DNA of 64,000 nucleotides from positions 43,162 to 107,161 of the forward strand of contig DF237252.1 in the NCBI GenBank assembly GCA_000708835.1. The letters run 5' to 3'. The notes beneath the pieces were generated by a model. That model made no database searches and was not told where the DNA came from. It worked only from the letters and a program-made list of their open reading frames with translations. The translations under genes were made by a program, and so were the position numbers. This document shows positions 37,827-49,700 of this stretch, in pieces; positions within the stretch are counted from its first letter, which is position 1, and the number at the start of each line of letters is the position of its first letter. Source of the DNA: Klebsormidium nitens. Taxonomy: Eukaryota > Plantae > Klebsormidiophyceae.

Positions 37827-37854
37827 CTTCTAGAAGCAGCAGAAGTTCTTGAAA
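37827..37854 (+). promoter_or_regulatory. Heat-shock element upstream of sHSP copy 2
   Basis: cTTCtaGAAg (37827-36) and gTTCttGAAa (37845-54), two nTTCnnGAAn dimers ~110-130 nt before the ATG at 37961. Confidence 0.6.
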
Positions 37855-37960
37855 GTCTGCTCAGTGCTGAATACATCCGCATCATGGCGTCCGCCATGGC
37901 ATTGCTGCCTTCCTTCCTCCAAATCTTTCCCGCAAAAAATTGCATCATTGTTCAAGCAAT

Positions 37961-40900
37961 ATGGCCAGCTCACAGCTCTCCAGCTTCTTGCGGCGCACCG
38001 CTCCCCTCGCCCGCGCCGTCTGCTCCACAAGCTCTACGCACCTGCCCGGCGCGAGCACAACTCAAGTAGCTCTTGGCAGGCCTGTGATTTCGGAAACCGC
38101 CACACGGGTGGCGCGCTGCTTCGGCACTGCAATTAATGATGCCACCAAGGGTCCTGGTGATGTTGGACAAAGATCAGGGGTTGGTGGTTCTGAGGGCCAC
38201 TCTGACGTGGCTGTCAAAGGGGATCGGGATTCAGATGCTCAGCGCAGGGACCAGGACAGGGGCCAGGGGTATGGCATTGGAAGGGGACGGCTAAGCCCAT
38301 TCTCGTTTGGTAAGCAATAAGCAGAGAAATTGAGTCAATTCAGGGTGCATGGCATTCCTTCTGTTCATGTGTATGACTGGGCACTTGCGAATAATGTTCG
38401 AGATTTAGTCTCCAGGATTTACTTTCCTTTCAAAAGAGGAGCAGAAAAGAGGAGCAAAATGAGCAAAGGAAACTTTTGAACAATTTCAGTTCATCCACCT
38501 TGACATTCTGAGGCAGTCAGAGCCAGTAGTCCTAAGTTACTGTCTATTCCTGTTCTTGTTACACGCTTTTCAAGCACAGTCGTTCCGAGTACAAGTGCCC
38601 TTTAAATTGCATGGGTGACATCAGAGTGGTGGATAACCTTCCAGGCTTCTCTGACGGGAGCTTGTTGTCATGCTCACTCGTGGTAGGTTTAACATGCTTT
38701 AGAAATAGAAGTTGGTCGGTCTTTGAATCTTGCGTGACACCAATTACACCACCTTATCAATCAAGGAGCGCGGTGTGCAAGCTGCTTTTATCCTGCACGT
38801 ACCTCGCCGCCTGTACTTCTTTTCTGACCATCAAATCCCTTCTTCAGCAATTCAAAGCTGACTGGAAGGATTGTTCAAGATTGACCCCTTGCCCAACTAA
38901 GACAAGCACTTTGGTGAGAAGTCCAGACTTCCTCACGAATAAGTGTCAACCTGAAAGCAAGGAGGAACAGGGCTCACAATTTCGCGCCTTAATAAAGTCG
39001 TCATTTCCTTTTCCTTCAGTCATTTATGGTATTGTATCTTTGAAAGACCAAAGCTGATCAGAACTTGAGAAGGGTCAGTGCCATTTAGAAAGTACTTCAA
39101 GTCACGGTCGTAAGAGTCGGCAGCCCTTCTCAGAAGTTGAACTATTAGTACAAGCCTGCGGACCTTTATCCGCTTTTCTCCAGGGAGTAGTTTCCTCAAA
39201 CATATCCCTTTTCTGCTTTAAGTAGAGCCCCTGCAACACCTCATTGCTTTACTTCACACACGGTGATCGCCCCTACTTTTTCACAGAAATTTAAATAGAG
39301 CCTAAACCCCTGCTAAACCCCGCAGATATGGGCCCGCTCTTCTCGGCGCGCGGGGACCGCGACCTGCTTAACATGATGGATAACTTCTTCCTCACCCCCA
39401 GCCGCTTTTTCGACCAGGCGATGCGCGACATTCTCCCGTCGCTGCCCGTCGAGCCACCGCAGCTCGACATCAATGAAAGCGACAAGCAGTACACCATTAA
39501 GGTACGTCACTAGCTAGGACTGATAACAGTCTTCTGAGGTTATGCCCTCGGAAGCGGCACATTGAGCTTGCCAGTGAACCTTTTTCTTTGGCGAGTTTAC
39601 CAGGGTTTGACGGGTCTTTCTCAGTTCCAGTGTACAACATGCTACTGAAATGATGGCAGTTATACTGAGCTACAGAGCTGTGTGGACAGGCAATTAGACA
39701 AGCACCCACCTGACATCCTTGCTTTGATCGAAGATGGAAGCTCCCTTCTTAAATCCAACTTGTCATTTACTATGTTCCTTCTTTACACAAGTGCAAGCTC
39801 CAGGGGGTTGCAGAAAGTTCAACTCAGCCTGCGCAATCAATACACCTTCCTCAGTTGATTTCTCCTGTTATCATCCCCTCTTCGGCGCGTGTGACCACTT
39901 GCAGAGCGGTTCTGCACAAGGACGGCATTAGAACCGTGCATGTCAAAGCTCAGATGAAGCCTGACCTTTTATCGTAGCTGACTTTCTTTCTTTCCTGCTT
40001 GCCGCTGCGCAGCTGCAGCTCCCCGGTCTGAAGAAGGATGAGGTGCAGATTACGGTGGAAGATACGGACGAGCCGATGCTGCGCATCACTGCGCACCACG
40101 AGGCCCAGGAGGGCGACGACCAACGCTTCTGGCAGGATGTCGACACGCGCCTGCGGCTGCCGGACGAGACCAACGCAGACGACGTGCAGGCGGAGGTAAG
40201 GAGCTCGACCTGCTGACGTCTGCTTTTTCTCTGACCGCTGACGTCATGATTGTTCATAGTCCAATGTGCTAGTGCCGGGTGCCAGATGGGACCAACTAGA
40301 GCGGGCTGCAGGACGAGGTGAGGCCCACTGCACTGGCGTCATTCGGCACTGAATGCAAACGTCAGCATCTCAGTCGACTGTCTCAGGCGATTGTCTGACC
40401 GGAGGTGTTTTAAGAGCTTCGACGGTCTTGGATACAAGACAGTTAAATCTTTTCAGCTCTTTCGTCTGAGAGCTGGTTCAATGCGTTGTACAATGGCCAT
40501 TTTTGCATTGTAATTCTATGGCGGACGTTTTAGTTCCTTTTCTTTCGTATGCTTGTCCGTTCGTTGGGAGGTGGCAGATATATCTTTAATGTCTATTTCT
40601 CTCATATCCCTCAAACGTAGCGCAACTGCTCAAAATCCATCCATCATTCCTGAGGAAATTCAGTTGCCAGGCGACTTGGGACGGTCTTCCAGCAAGCCAT
40701 TTGTCATTCTGAAAGCAAAAGTTTCTTCGGGCATTTTTCTCAAAGCGTGTTGGTAAGGTATGTTGTCCAATTCAGCGAGGAGGACATCAGTAAAGTCAGT
40801 GTTTCCATGCGTCTGAAATGTTGCTAGCATCAAACCCAAGCTAGGCCCGGCTGATCTAGATTTTTCTCCTCTATCCAGTTCAAAGACGGCGTGCTGTCCA

Positions 40901-40965
40901 TTCGCGTCCCAAAGAAAGAGGCACCAAAGAAGCCGGAGCCGAAGAAAATCCCAATTCAGGGCTGA
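37961..40965 (+). CDS. Organellar small heat-shock protein, copy 2 (tandem paralogue)
   Basis: Exons 37961-38309, 39326-39501, 40013-40195, 40879-40965 (FKDGVLSIRVPKKE..KIPIQG*). Same intron positions and phases as copy 1. Confidence 0.93.
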
Positions 40966-43290
40966 TAGACCAATAGGCGCTTAAACTGATAATAGTAGGA
41001 TAATGAATAGTGCATGTAGATTCATTATAGAGACAGTATATAGTCTTTCAAATCGAGACGGGTGTAAGTGTAGGTCGGGCATGTCCGGCAAAGATACCCA
41101 GGATGTGTACAAAAGTTAAGCAGAGTATCGGTTCCCCATAGATGGGCGATGAAAAACAGTATAGTGCAGGCAATGCAATACTTCCGTAGCTGCGTCGGTT
41201 TTGCAGTGCGACGCTGTCAGTTTAACAGGTTTGAAACAGCTGCCACCAAAGACGTGGATCAAAAGGCTTTGTCACACAAACCTTTTGGATGGTAATCAAG
41301 ATTCATTAAAGATTCCGCATAATGTCTTAACAGACAAGTTCTGGGGGCGATTTATCAATCGCGAAAAATGGCAATGCGCAGCTCCCTCGCTTATTTGAGA
41401 TTCGTCCCACTCTAGATGCGGAAATGAATGCCGTACGACGACGCCCGGTACAAAATAATGTCGCGGTGGCCCAAAGATTCTTTCTTCCGCCGGGCACAGC
41501 TGGGGCTATAATCGAGCCCGGTAGGGTACCCGGTGCAACCGTACAGGCCATCGTAGAACTTTTGGAACTGGTTGCAACTTTTCAGGCTCCTGATTCGTTT
41601 AAAGATACTGAGTTACAACTTTGAGAACTTCACTTCAGACTGTCGTTGAAATTTTAATGTTGACCGGCAATGGATTCTGGAGGCGGAAACGGGAGAGGAC
41701 GTACAGGGTTAATACAAGGCAATGCCACGCCTGACGGCGTTTTGCTGGCATTGCCAAAAAGGAGGTGGTAACTTGCTTATATTGCAATGGATGTTCGTAG
41801 CCTGCATGATCTTCTTTGATTTGAACTATCCTCGATCAGGAATCTAGTCTTGCTAGGATTTCCGTATGGTGCAAGATTGAGTCCGGACATGACTTCAAAC
41901 AGCCATAGCAAGCTGACGACAGCGTCCGAGTCAACAAACTATCCCAGGTTTGCCAGACATTGTGCTCCATGGTTTTCCAGTGGTTAAAATGGCGCGTTAA
42001 TGAATGAGAAATTACTATCAATGCACTTTGCTCGCTTGCGGGCAACCCATGCCGTGCGGGCCATGTTGTCAAAGTAGTGCAGGAAGTGTAGGGTTATAGC
42101 AATGTGCGACTTTTCGCGGTCCAATTGAGTAATGGCTTGAGACGGTCATGGTGGCCAGTGGCCGAGGATTGCATTGCAGACACATTGTTCTCCACGATGT
42201 TTAATCCTCTTCATTGCCATCGCGCGGCAATGTGGCCCTTAATGTGGTACCGTTTTCAATGTTTTCTTTAAACGCCGTAGCCACCTGGGCTGGCCGTATA
42301 GGCTTCTCATGGCGCATACACAATATGATGTGTGCTGTCAATGTTCACCATCAATCTTCCTCAGCCTGAGACCTTCTTTACCGGAGTCTCTCAAACAAGC
42401 TACTACGACGAGCGCGCGCGGCTTGGGCTCCACTTGGGCTCTAATTGCAACAACCAGATCTCGTAAGGTTCCTAAGTTAGCCCTCAAGCTAGCTATTAGG
42501 CTTCCTACAACGTGGTCTTCTTCTTGTTGCATCCGGACCTATAAGAGAGGAAGCTAGGAAGAGAGAGCAGCCCCGAGACAGCAAACAAAACTTCGAGTCG
42601 ATGCACACTTCGCACAGGATACATGATGCGCACCATGGCAGCCATGGTGGCAATTAAACACCTCCTGCCGGGCTCCTGTCCCTATGTCCCGTACTTCAGA
42701 GCAAGTTACATGGGGGATGAGGGGGATCTTTTCAGTGATTTTAATTTTCGTGCGCCGAGCTAGCTGCGCCTGTCGCGCGGCACCATTCAGTGCGGCCGCG
42801 CCGCTTCGGAGGGAGCGCGCCGGGTTTGAGGGGTTGCACCGTGCTGTCGCACTCAGACTATGCCGTGCTGGCAAGAATTTTTAGTTTGAATTCAAAATTC
42901 TGCCCTGCAAATAATCCAGCTAGGGAGGAAACAGAAGCGCCCTCAAGGCTCAAAGCTCGAGAGTCAAGCTTTGGCGCCTGCTGGCGCTGCCACTGGCAGT
43001 TTGCAACTGTGGCCTGCTGCGCAACATCCAAAACACCTGGATACCTAGTAGTGTACTGTGTGTGTGCGGTTTACGTAGGTGCCTACCTAACACCTAGTGC
43101 TTAGGGCGGCAACTTGCAAGCGTTCGCCTTTCAGCACATGTTTCACTGAGTCCAAGAAGATAGAGCGCAGGTAGAGCTTGCTCAAGTGGTGCAGGACGCA
43201 GTTAGGTACATGCGGGTGCCTTTTATCCAGCATGTTTTAGTTGCCGCTTTCAGCAACCACAGCAAGGCAGAGTAGACTACCAAAGAGGAC

Positions 43291-45129
43291 TTGATTGAAA
43301 TCAGGAGGAGGTCTATCCTGGCAAAACCGTCATTTAATGCATTTGGCCTTCACACATGCTGCTCAATGATGAAGAAGCGAAAGGCATTTGGTTTGGAGGG
43401 TCGCAAAGGCGGAGGCAACAGGCGTGCATGTAGCAACGACGCCATTGAAGCAGGCACAGACGCAGAGCTCCCAGCTCCTCCTTTGGAGGGGACCTTTGTC
43501 CCCACCTCCAGTTGCATCGATCCCAATAGATGCTGTTCCAGCCAGGCTGAAATAGGTGGTAGCGGAGAAGCGATACAGGGTTTCTGTGAAGGAGATGAGG
43601 CTGGTCGAAACCTCAGTCGGCCGACTGAGCAAACCCCTCTTGCTCTAGGTGTGCGTGATTTACTGCAAGACCCTGCCCTTTCGAAACCGCTGCGAGGATT
43701 GCCAACTTGTGGCAGAGTGCGGGAGTTGACCTTGACAACCGGAAGAGCGCGCGTTGCGACAGAAATTCATCCTAAGCACATGCTGGAGGTTCCGGCAAGT
43801 CCTATGAAAGTGTCGAGCATGCGGAAGCGGCACAACGGGTGAGGTTTCTTCTGCTTGAGTGACAGATCACTGAATTCCAAGTGACAGATTCCCAGAATAC
43901 TGTGCAAGGGTTTTGCTTCTCAAGATACCGGTCTTGTGCACAAGCAGCCGGGAAGCAGCCTTCTTATCATACCAACTCCTGCTTCAGAACCTTCCATGTC
44001 GGAAGCAAAGGTTTCACCTTTCTTTTTAGCAGCATCTCCAGCTGGAAACCGATGGACATCCAGTTTAAAATTGCGATTTTGAATGGTCACATTATGTTAT
44101 GTTGTCAAGACAAATCTGCTGATCTTCTGTGTAGCATGCTTGGTACTGAATGCGGACAGCTTTTTGCTTGTCAAATCCAATAGGTACTTCAACTCATCTG
44201 CTCAAACGTTTTTTCTTCTGAATGAGCACCATTGACCCCTGTTGCTTTCCATGCAGAGACAATGTCCAGCAGCACAGCGTCCCTCCAATCGCTTTGTCAA
44301 CCATAGTCGAGGAAAAAGACCCCACAGACTGCTGCGAGGAGCCAATCTTTGTTGACGGCACGCCCGCAGAGGTGCTGCGACCATTGGGAAGGTCAGGTAG
44401 CTTGAAGGTGATCTCAAGAAAGCCTGCGACCTTGAGTGCTGAGAGGAGGAGGCTGCAGCATGTGTTGGAGTTCATTGGCGGGGAGCAGCTGCGGGAGAGG
44501 CTCGCTGTTGCCATCCAGTCAGAAGATGACATGGTGGAAAGGCTTGCAGCGCTGCTGCCAGACGGCATGTTCCCGGGGAAGGTTGGGAACCAACTCGAGT
44601 GCTGCGCTTAACTCTGAATTCGATGCTTGAAACTTGGAAAGTTTGTAAGGATCTGTATTGATGGCAGTAATAAGCTGCATTACCTTGTGCAGAGGCTCAA
44701 CTCTGATCGAGTCAGAAGCATCTTTGAGCGATGCTTGACCTTTCTTCTGATACAGGACTCGCACCTGCCGAAACAGAAGTTCTGGTACGGTTGCCTCTTC
44801 AGAAGCCGTTCTTTCCCCTCATCGTTTCTTACTGCTGTGCTCGCCCAGAACTACAAACAGCCTGGATAATCTCCGTCTCTTTGACGTGCTTGCAGGCTGA
44901 GAACTTGGAAAAGTGCTACTTGTGCGACAGTCCGTATGACCCGACATACACAAAGGGCAACATGCTGTTTGTGTGCCGCGGCTGCATGAGCCAACACCGG
45001 GAGAGAGAGTCCTTGGATGGACGAGGGATGCAGACTTTCGAAGAGGACGATGATTGTTGCACTGGGGATGAGGACTGCTGGTGCCTTCAGTGCATGGAGA
45101 AAATGCCAGACGAACAGGAGGAATGTTAG
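43291..45129 (+). CDS. Hypothetical multi-exon protein with Cys/Asp-rich C-terminus (structure uncertain)
   Basis: Open exon-like blocks 43291-43840, ~43888-44008, ~44258-44581 (ERRRLQHVLEFIGGEQLRERLA) and 44896-45129 (CYLCDSPYDPTYTKGNMLFVCRGC..DDDCCTGDEDCWCLQC*), with flanking AG/GT. No family recognised and one junction is not phase-resolved. Confidence 0.45.
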
Positions 45130-45761
45130 TCAGAGGACTCAGAGCACAGAGACTACGGGTAGGCGAGTCCCGGGTGCCTAACCAGGTGGTTCAGCAGGTG
45201 ATTCCATGTAAAGTACTTCGATCAGCTGTCAAGCTTCAGCAAGGAGGTTGACAATAGAGCAGGAAGGAGAAAGTGAAAGGTCAATGCTTGCGGGTAAAGC
45301 TCTTGCACTGTGTGCATCTTTCCCCCAAAAGATACTTGGATGCAATGAAATCCAGATGATCAAAGTGGAGCATGATTGCTTAGATCTGCTACTGTATGCT
45401 GGTGAGAACGTTCGGGACGAGTGCACATCTACTCATGAATCATCTTGTTAGAAGGGTCTGAACTTCGGAACGCCTGAGCTCTTCATGAGGACCTCTGCAC
45501 GTTTCACAACCTCGATCCACTTTATGAACACTTACTCAGCACAAAGAGCTATACGAAATTTCTGCAGGTATATACGCTACAGGCATCCTTCTTGCAAGGC
45601 CTGCCCATGGATAGCTGACTGCAGCTAGATTTTAAGCAAAGCCTACACTTTGGACGTTTTGTTGCTTTCCTTCCAGATTGCAACTCACCTGACAATCATG
45701 CATGGGCTCTATATAAACAGCTGATCCTATACTGACATGTGCATATGTTCGATTCAACCTA

Positions 45762-45971
45762 CCGTACCAATTGTCCGGTTGGGCAGATTTTTGCCCAATA
45801 ATTAATTTCGTATCTCATGGATTTTGGGCAGCTTCATTTATGCATTTATTTTGTTTTGTTACCGGGCAAAATGATCTGCAAATCCTTAATTGGAATTTAT
45901 TTTCAATTCAAATTTGTGGGCAAGTTGAAAGAATATTTGATTGTTGCCCTGGCAACCGGACAATTGCACGG
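45762..45971. mobile_element. MITE (Tc1/mariner-type, TA target duplication), 210 nt
   Basis: TA|ccgtac-caattgtccggttg ... caaccggacaattg-cacgg|TA: 14-nt perfect inverted repeat core plus CCGT/ACGG termini, AT-rich interior, no ORF. Confidence 0.7.
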
Positions 45972-46724
45972 TATACGAAGCTTATAATCAGTGAGTGCGC
46001 GCTCCAAATGCACCATGCGCATGCCCATGCATCAAGTACAGCGCGCGAGCTGAGTCGATCTGTTGGTGTATCCGTGCATTATCAAGACGGGTGACGGTCG
46101 GATTGGAGCTATAGCGCCTAGATAGCTGAGCTCGCGGCCATGTAGCTGCATGTGCGACGATGTGTATAAAATCCATGTTATGGATCCGACCGGTATATGC
46201 ATGATCGCGGTCTGGCATGATTTTGCAATGACGATCGGAACTGTTTACGCCGTTTGGTAATTTGATGCAATCGTAGGTATTGATGTCTGCCAGTTCGTGG
46301 TTTCTTTAGTGCAGTGCATGGTCGGACCATCGCAAAAGTACGTTGGATTGCTTCAATGCATGCTGACACCATTACAAGTTTCACTGCAATACTCCGTGGT
46401 GCAAAAGTGAATACGACAAGCCATTAGTGACAATATGTTCGCAGCCCTTGAACTTGCAATATCAAGAATGTCAAGAGTATGTGTTGGACCTGGACTTCTG
46501 GGTTAAGATGCACCCTCACTGTCATCACAAGATATGTGTCTCCGATAAATGAGAGGCACAAACCCCAATTATTGCTTTAAAAGCACCCAAAGCACAAGCT
46601 CATAAGCTACGCCAGAATGTGAACACTCCACTCCTTTGGGTCTTATCCTTCGACTTTTCATTATTGGATTTCTAACGGTGTCCTAGAATGCTTAAGTTCA
46701 TTTGGGCCAGACATGCCCAGCTTG

Positions 46725-49700
46725 TTATTGCTGCTTGCACTCAGGGGGCTGCTCCCCAGGCTTTCCAGAGGAAGGGGCTGGCCCTTTCTGCTGCAAGCAA
46801 GGAGACAAAAACCCGCAAGCTTCAGCCAGGAGGTGGACACGGAGGACTACATCAAACTCTTGTCCATTCAAACAATAAGATGGATGGAAGCAAGAAACCG
46901 TCCCTTCTGAAAGCCGGTTTTGCAAATGAGGCATCGCTATGCGTAGGCGTCAAATGACATGAAAAACCGAGAAACTGTCAGTTCAAGAACACCCGTATCG
47001 TTCCTTCATGAGATCCATACTGAAGCCACGGAAGTAAACTCAGGCTGCGCACTCACCCTGGCTGGCAGCCCCGCGGCCCCTTTCCGCCCCCTTTGCTGCG
47101 GGACGTCATCCTCGTCGTCATCATCGTCCTCGTCATCGTCCTCATCCTCGTCTTCCTCCTCCACGTCATCCAGGCCCTCCTCCTCGTCGTCATAATCGTC
47201 CTCCTCTAGTTCCTGAGCCTCCCCCGTGAACCACTCCACCGCGTGCGGGATGATCTTCTCCTTGAGCGCCGACCCGACGTCGTAGTCCGCCTCCATCTGG
47301 TCCTGCAGCTCCTCCGCCTGAGGAAGAGGCGAGCAAAAGTACTAGCACACAATCAGAACCGGGTTTGCCGGTTAACCAAGTGTACCGTTCAAGGCGAAAC
47401 GGCCGACTGTTCTCGTGTTGGGACTCCTTGTCTCTGGTTTGTAATCAATCTGCATCCATCTGGTCCTGCAGCTCCTCCGCCTGAAGGGGTAAATTTTCAG
47501 GTTAGGAAGGGCCGATGTTCGAACCAGGGTTAACGGGGCGTAGGGTAAGGGAGTATGAAAAAGTTGACCGGGTAGCTTTTACTCCTTGTCTTTTTCATCC
47601 TGGTCGTAGTCCGCCTACATCTGGTCCTGCAGCTCCTCCACCTGAATGGAGGGAAGTTGTACGTCGGAAAGGGCCAAATTTAACCAGGCTTAACGGGGCG
47701 TAGGGTTAGAGAGTGTGAAAGACTTGAACGGCTTTTACTCGTTGTCTTTTCTATCCTGGTCGTAATCTGCTTCCCCTGGCCTGCAGCTCCTCCGCCAGGG
47801 GGAGAGGTCACACCAAGAAAATATAAGCTCACAATTCGAACCAGGTTTGACAGTTAACCAAGTCTGAGGTTAAAGGCGTAAGCTGACTGTTCTCGTGTGT
47901 CTCTTGTTTCTCGTGAGTCCGCCCCCGATTTGGTCCTGCAGGGTAAGGCGCAGCAAAAGAATCAGGTTACAACAAGTCGGCATTCGTCTCAGAGTTAAGC
48001 GGATGCAGAGTTAGGGGTATGGATAGCTCAAGTGGCTCACAAATCCTGCTGATTATCCCTGTCTATTATCTCTACTCGCGGTTGCCATCTCGAAAGGATC
48101 TCGAACGTCCTTCAGCTTGAGAACCAAAGTTTACAGGACTTTTAGGGTCCCGAGTCGGCCCCGCCGCGCTGTTCTGTGTCCGGTCTTCAAGCCTACCGTG
48201 ACCGTCAACATGCATTTTCAGAATAAACTCTTGGCTCTGTTCTGGTCCCGCCAGGGCGGGCTGTTGAGGAAATGAAAACCGACACACCGGCACGATTTGC
48301 GGACCACGACCTCTCATTCCATACAAAAGCATAGAAATGAAAGCAGACCAGAGGTAACGGCCCAAAAAATCTCGCCGCGTCGCGCTCACCTCCTGCTCGT
48401 CCATGTCGTCCTCGGGTATCGTGGGCGGGCTGAAGAAGTTGAAGAAGCTGGGCACCTGCTCCGTCTTGGTGATGGGCTTGGCGTTCTTGCTGCCCTTCTT
48501 GGGCTTCTTGCGCAGCGTCTTCTGCGTCAGGTTCTTGCCGGCCAGCCACTCGATGTCCGTCCCCTCCGCGCGCTCCAAGATCGGCTCCTCGTCCTCGACC
48601 ATGTAGTACGACTTGGTCAACTGGAAGCGGAAGATATTAGTTTTAGGAAACCCACGTGGTTTGATCGGTGGGTGAACCGTTGAGGATTTTCCAGATACTA
48701 TTTGTTTTTTCAACTTCTCCAATAAAGTATTTAGACGTGCCCTCGGCGCTCTGCAACATTGGCTCCTCGTCGTCGACCATGTAGTACGACTTGGTCAACT
48801 GCGGGCGGGAAGTTTAGGGTTTAATAAAATTTCCGTGGTTTGTTCGGTTGGTAACTCAACAACGAAGAAAAGCAACATCTGTCCGAATTTTCCAAAGGTT
48901 GATGAGGCATGCCCTCCGCCCGCGGTCCAGGATCGGCTCCTCGTCCTCGACCATGTAGTACGACTTGGTCAACTGCGAGCGGTAGATTTTGGGTTTCGGA
49001 AACCCACATGCTTTGATTGGTGGGTGACCGTTAGCTAGAGTCTTCCCGGTGGGTCACCCGTTAGCCAGACTCTTCCCGAATACAATTTGTCTTTCTCAAA
49101 ATTCTCCATAACCGACTAGGCATGCCCTCGGCGCTCTGGAAAATCGGCTCCTCGTCCTATTTGATCAACTGCGCGCAGAAGGTGACGGTTCTGAGCAATT
49201 CCGTAATCTGTTGGGTGGGTAACCCATTAGCCCAGTCCTTTCAGGAATAAGAATTTTCTCAACTCTCCAGAACGTTTGTTGACGTGCGCTCGACTCTCCC
49301 CCAGGATAAAAATAATCGTAAGCAGTCTTCCACAATGGAGTACTACTTGGTCATCGTTCGCAAAGAACTGTTGAACTAAGAATGTGAATGTTGGACTGTC
49401 TTACGCTTTGGTGGCGATAAGCGCCACGAGGATTTAGCAGCAAAGACCCCTTTGTCGGCACACTCTGGTCTGACATGCGCAGTAGGTTGGGGTCAAACTT
49501 GATACCAGATGCGCTTTGCATAATGGACAACTGCGAGGATCTCAACGACGGTTGACTGCATCCCCGACCTGGAATGCAATTTCGAAAACTACTGAATACT
49601 TCGAGAGTGAGTTTCTGGACTCTATTTCGTCTCTCCACTCAAGCGTCGAATGGCATTAAAGCTGCCAAACCCCGACTCCGATTGGGAGCCAACAAAGGAA

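Noticed and set aside
34786-39325. Telomere-like cctaaaccc motifs just before sHSP exon-2 acceptors
   Set aside because: Only 1-2 imperfect units, and they sit at branch-point distance; more simply explained as CTAAAC branch-like signals retained after duplication.
46959-47195. Poly-Ser ORF / (TCA,TCG)n repeat
   Set aside because: Reverse complement of the NAP1 Asp/Glu-rich tail, not an independent feature.
47290-49355. Regularly spaced repeats as a possible CRISPR array (also 11640-12170, 20708-20873, 57720-58065)
   Set aside because: Whole units are similar (no unique spacers), the repeats are copies of host exon junctions, there are no cas genes, and the context is eukaryotic.
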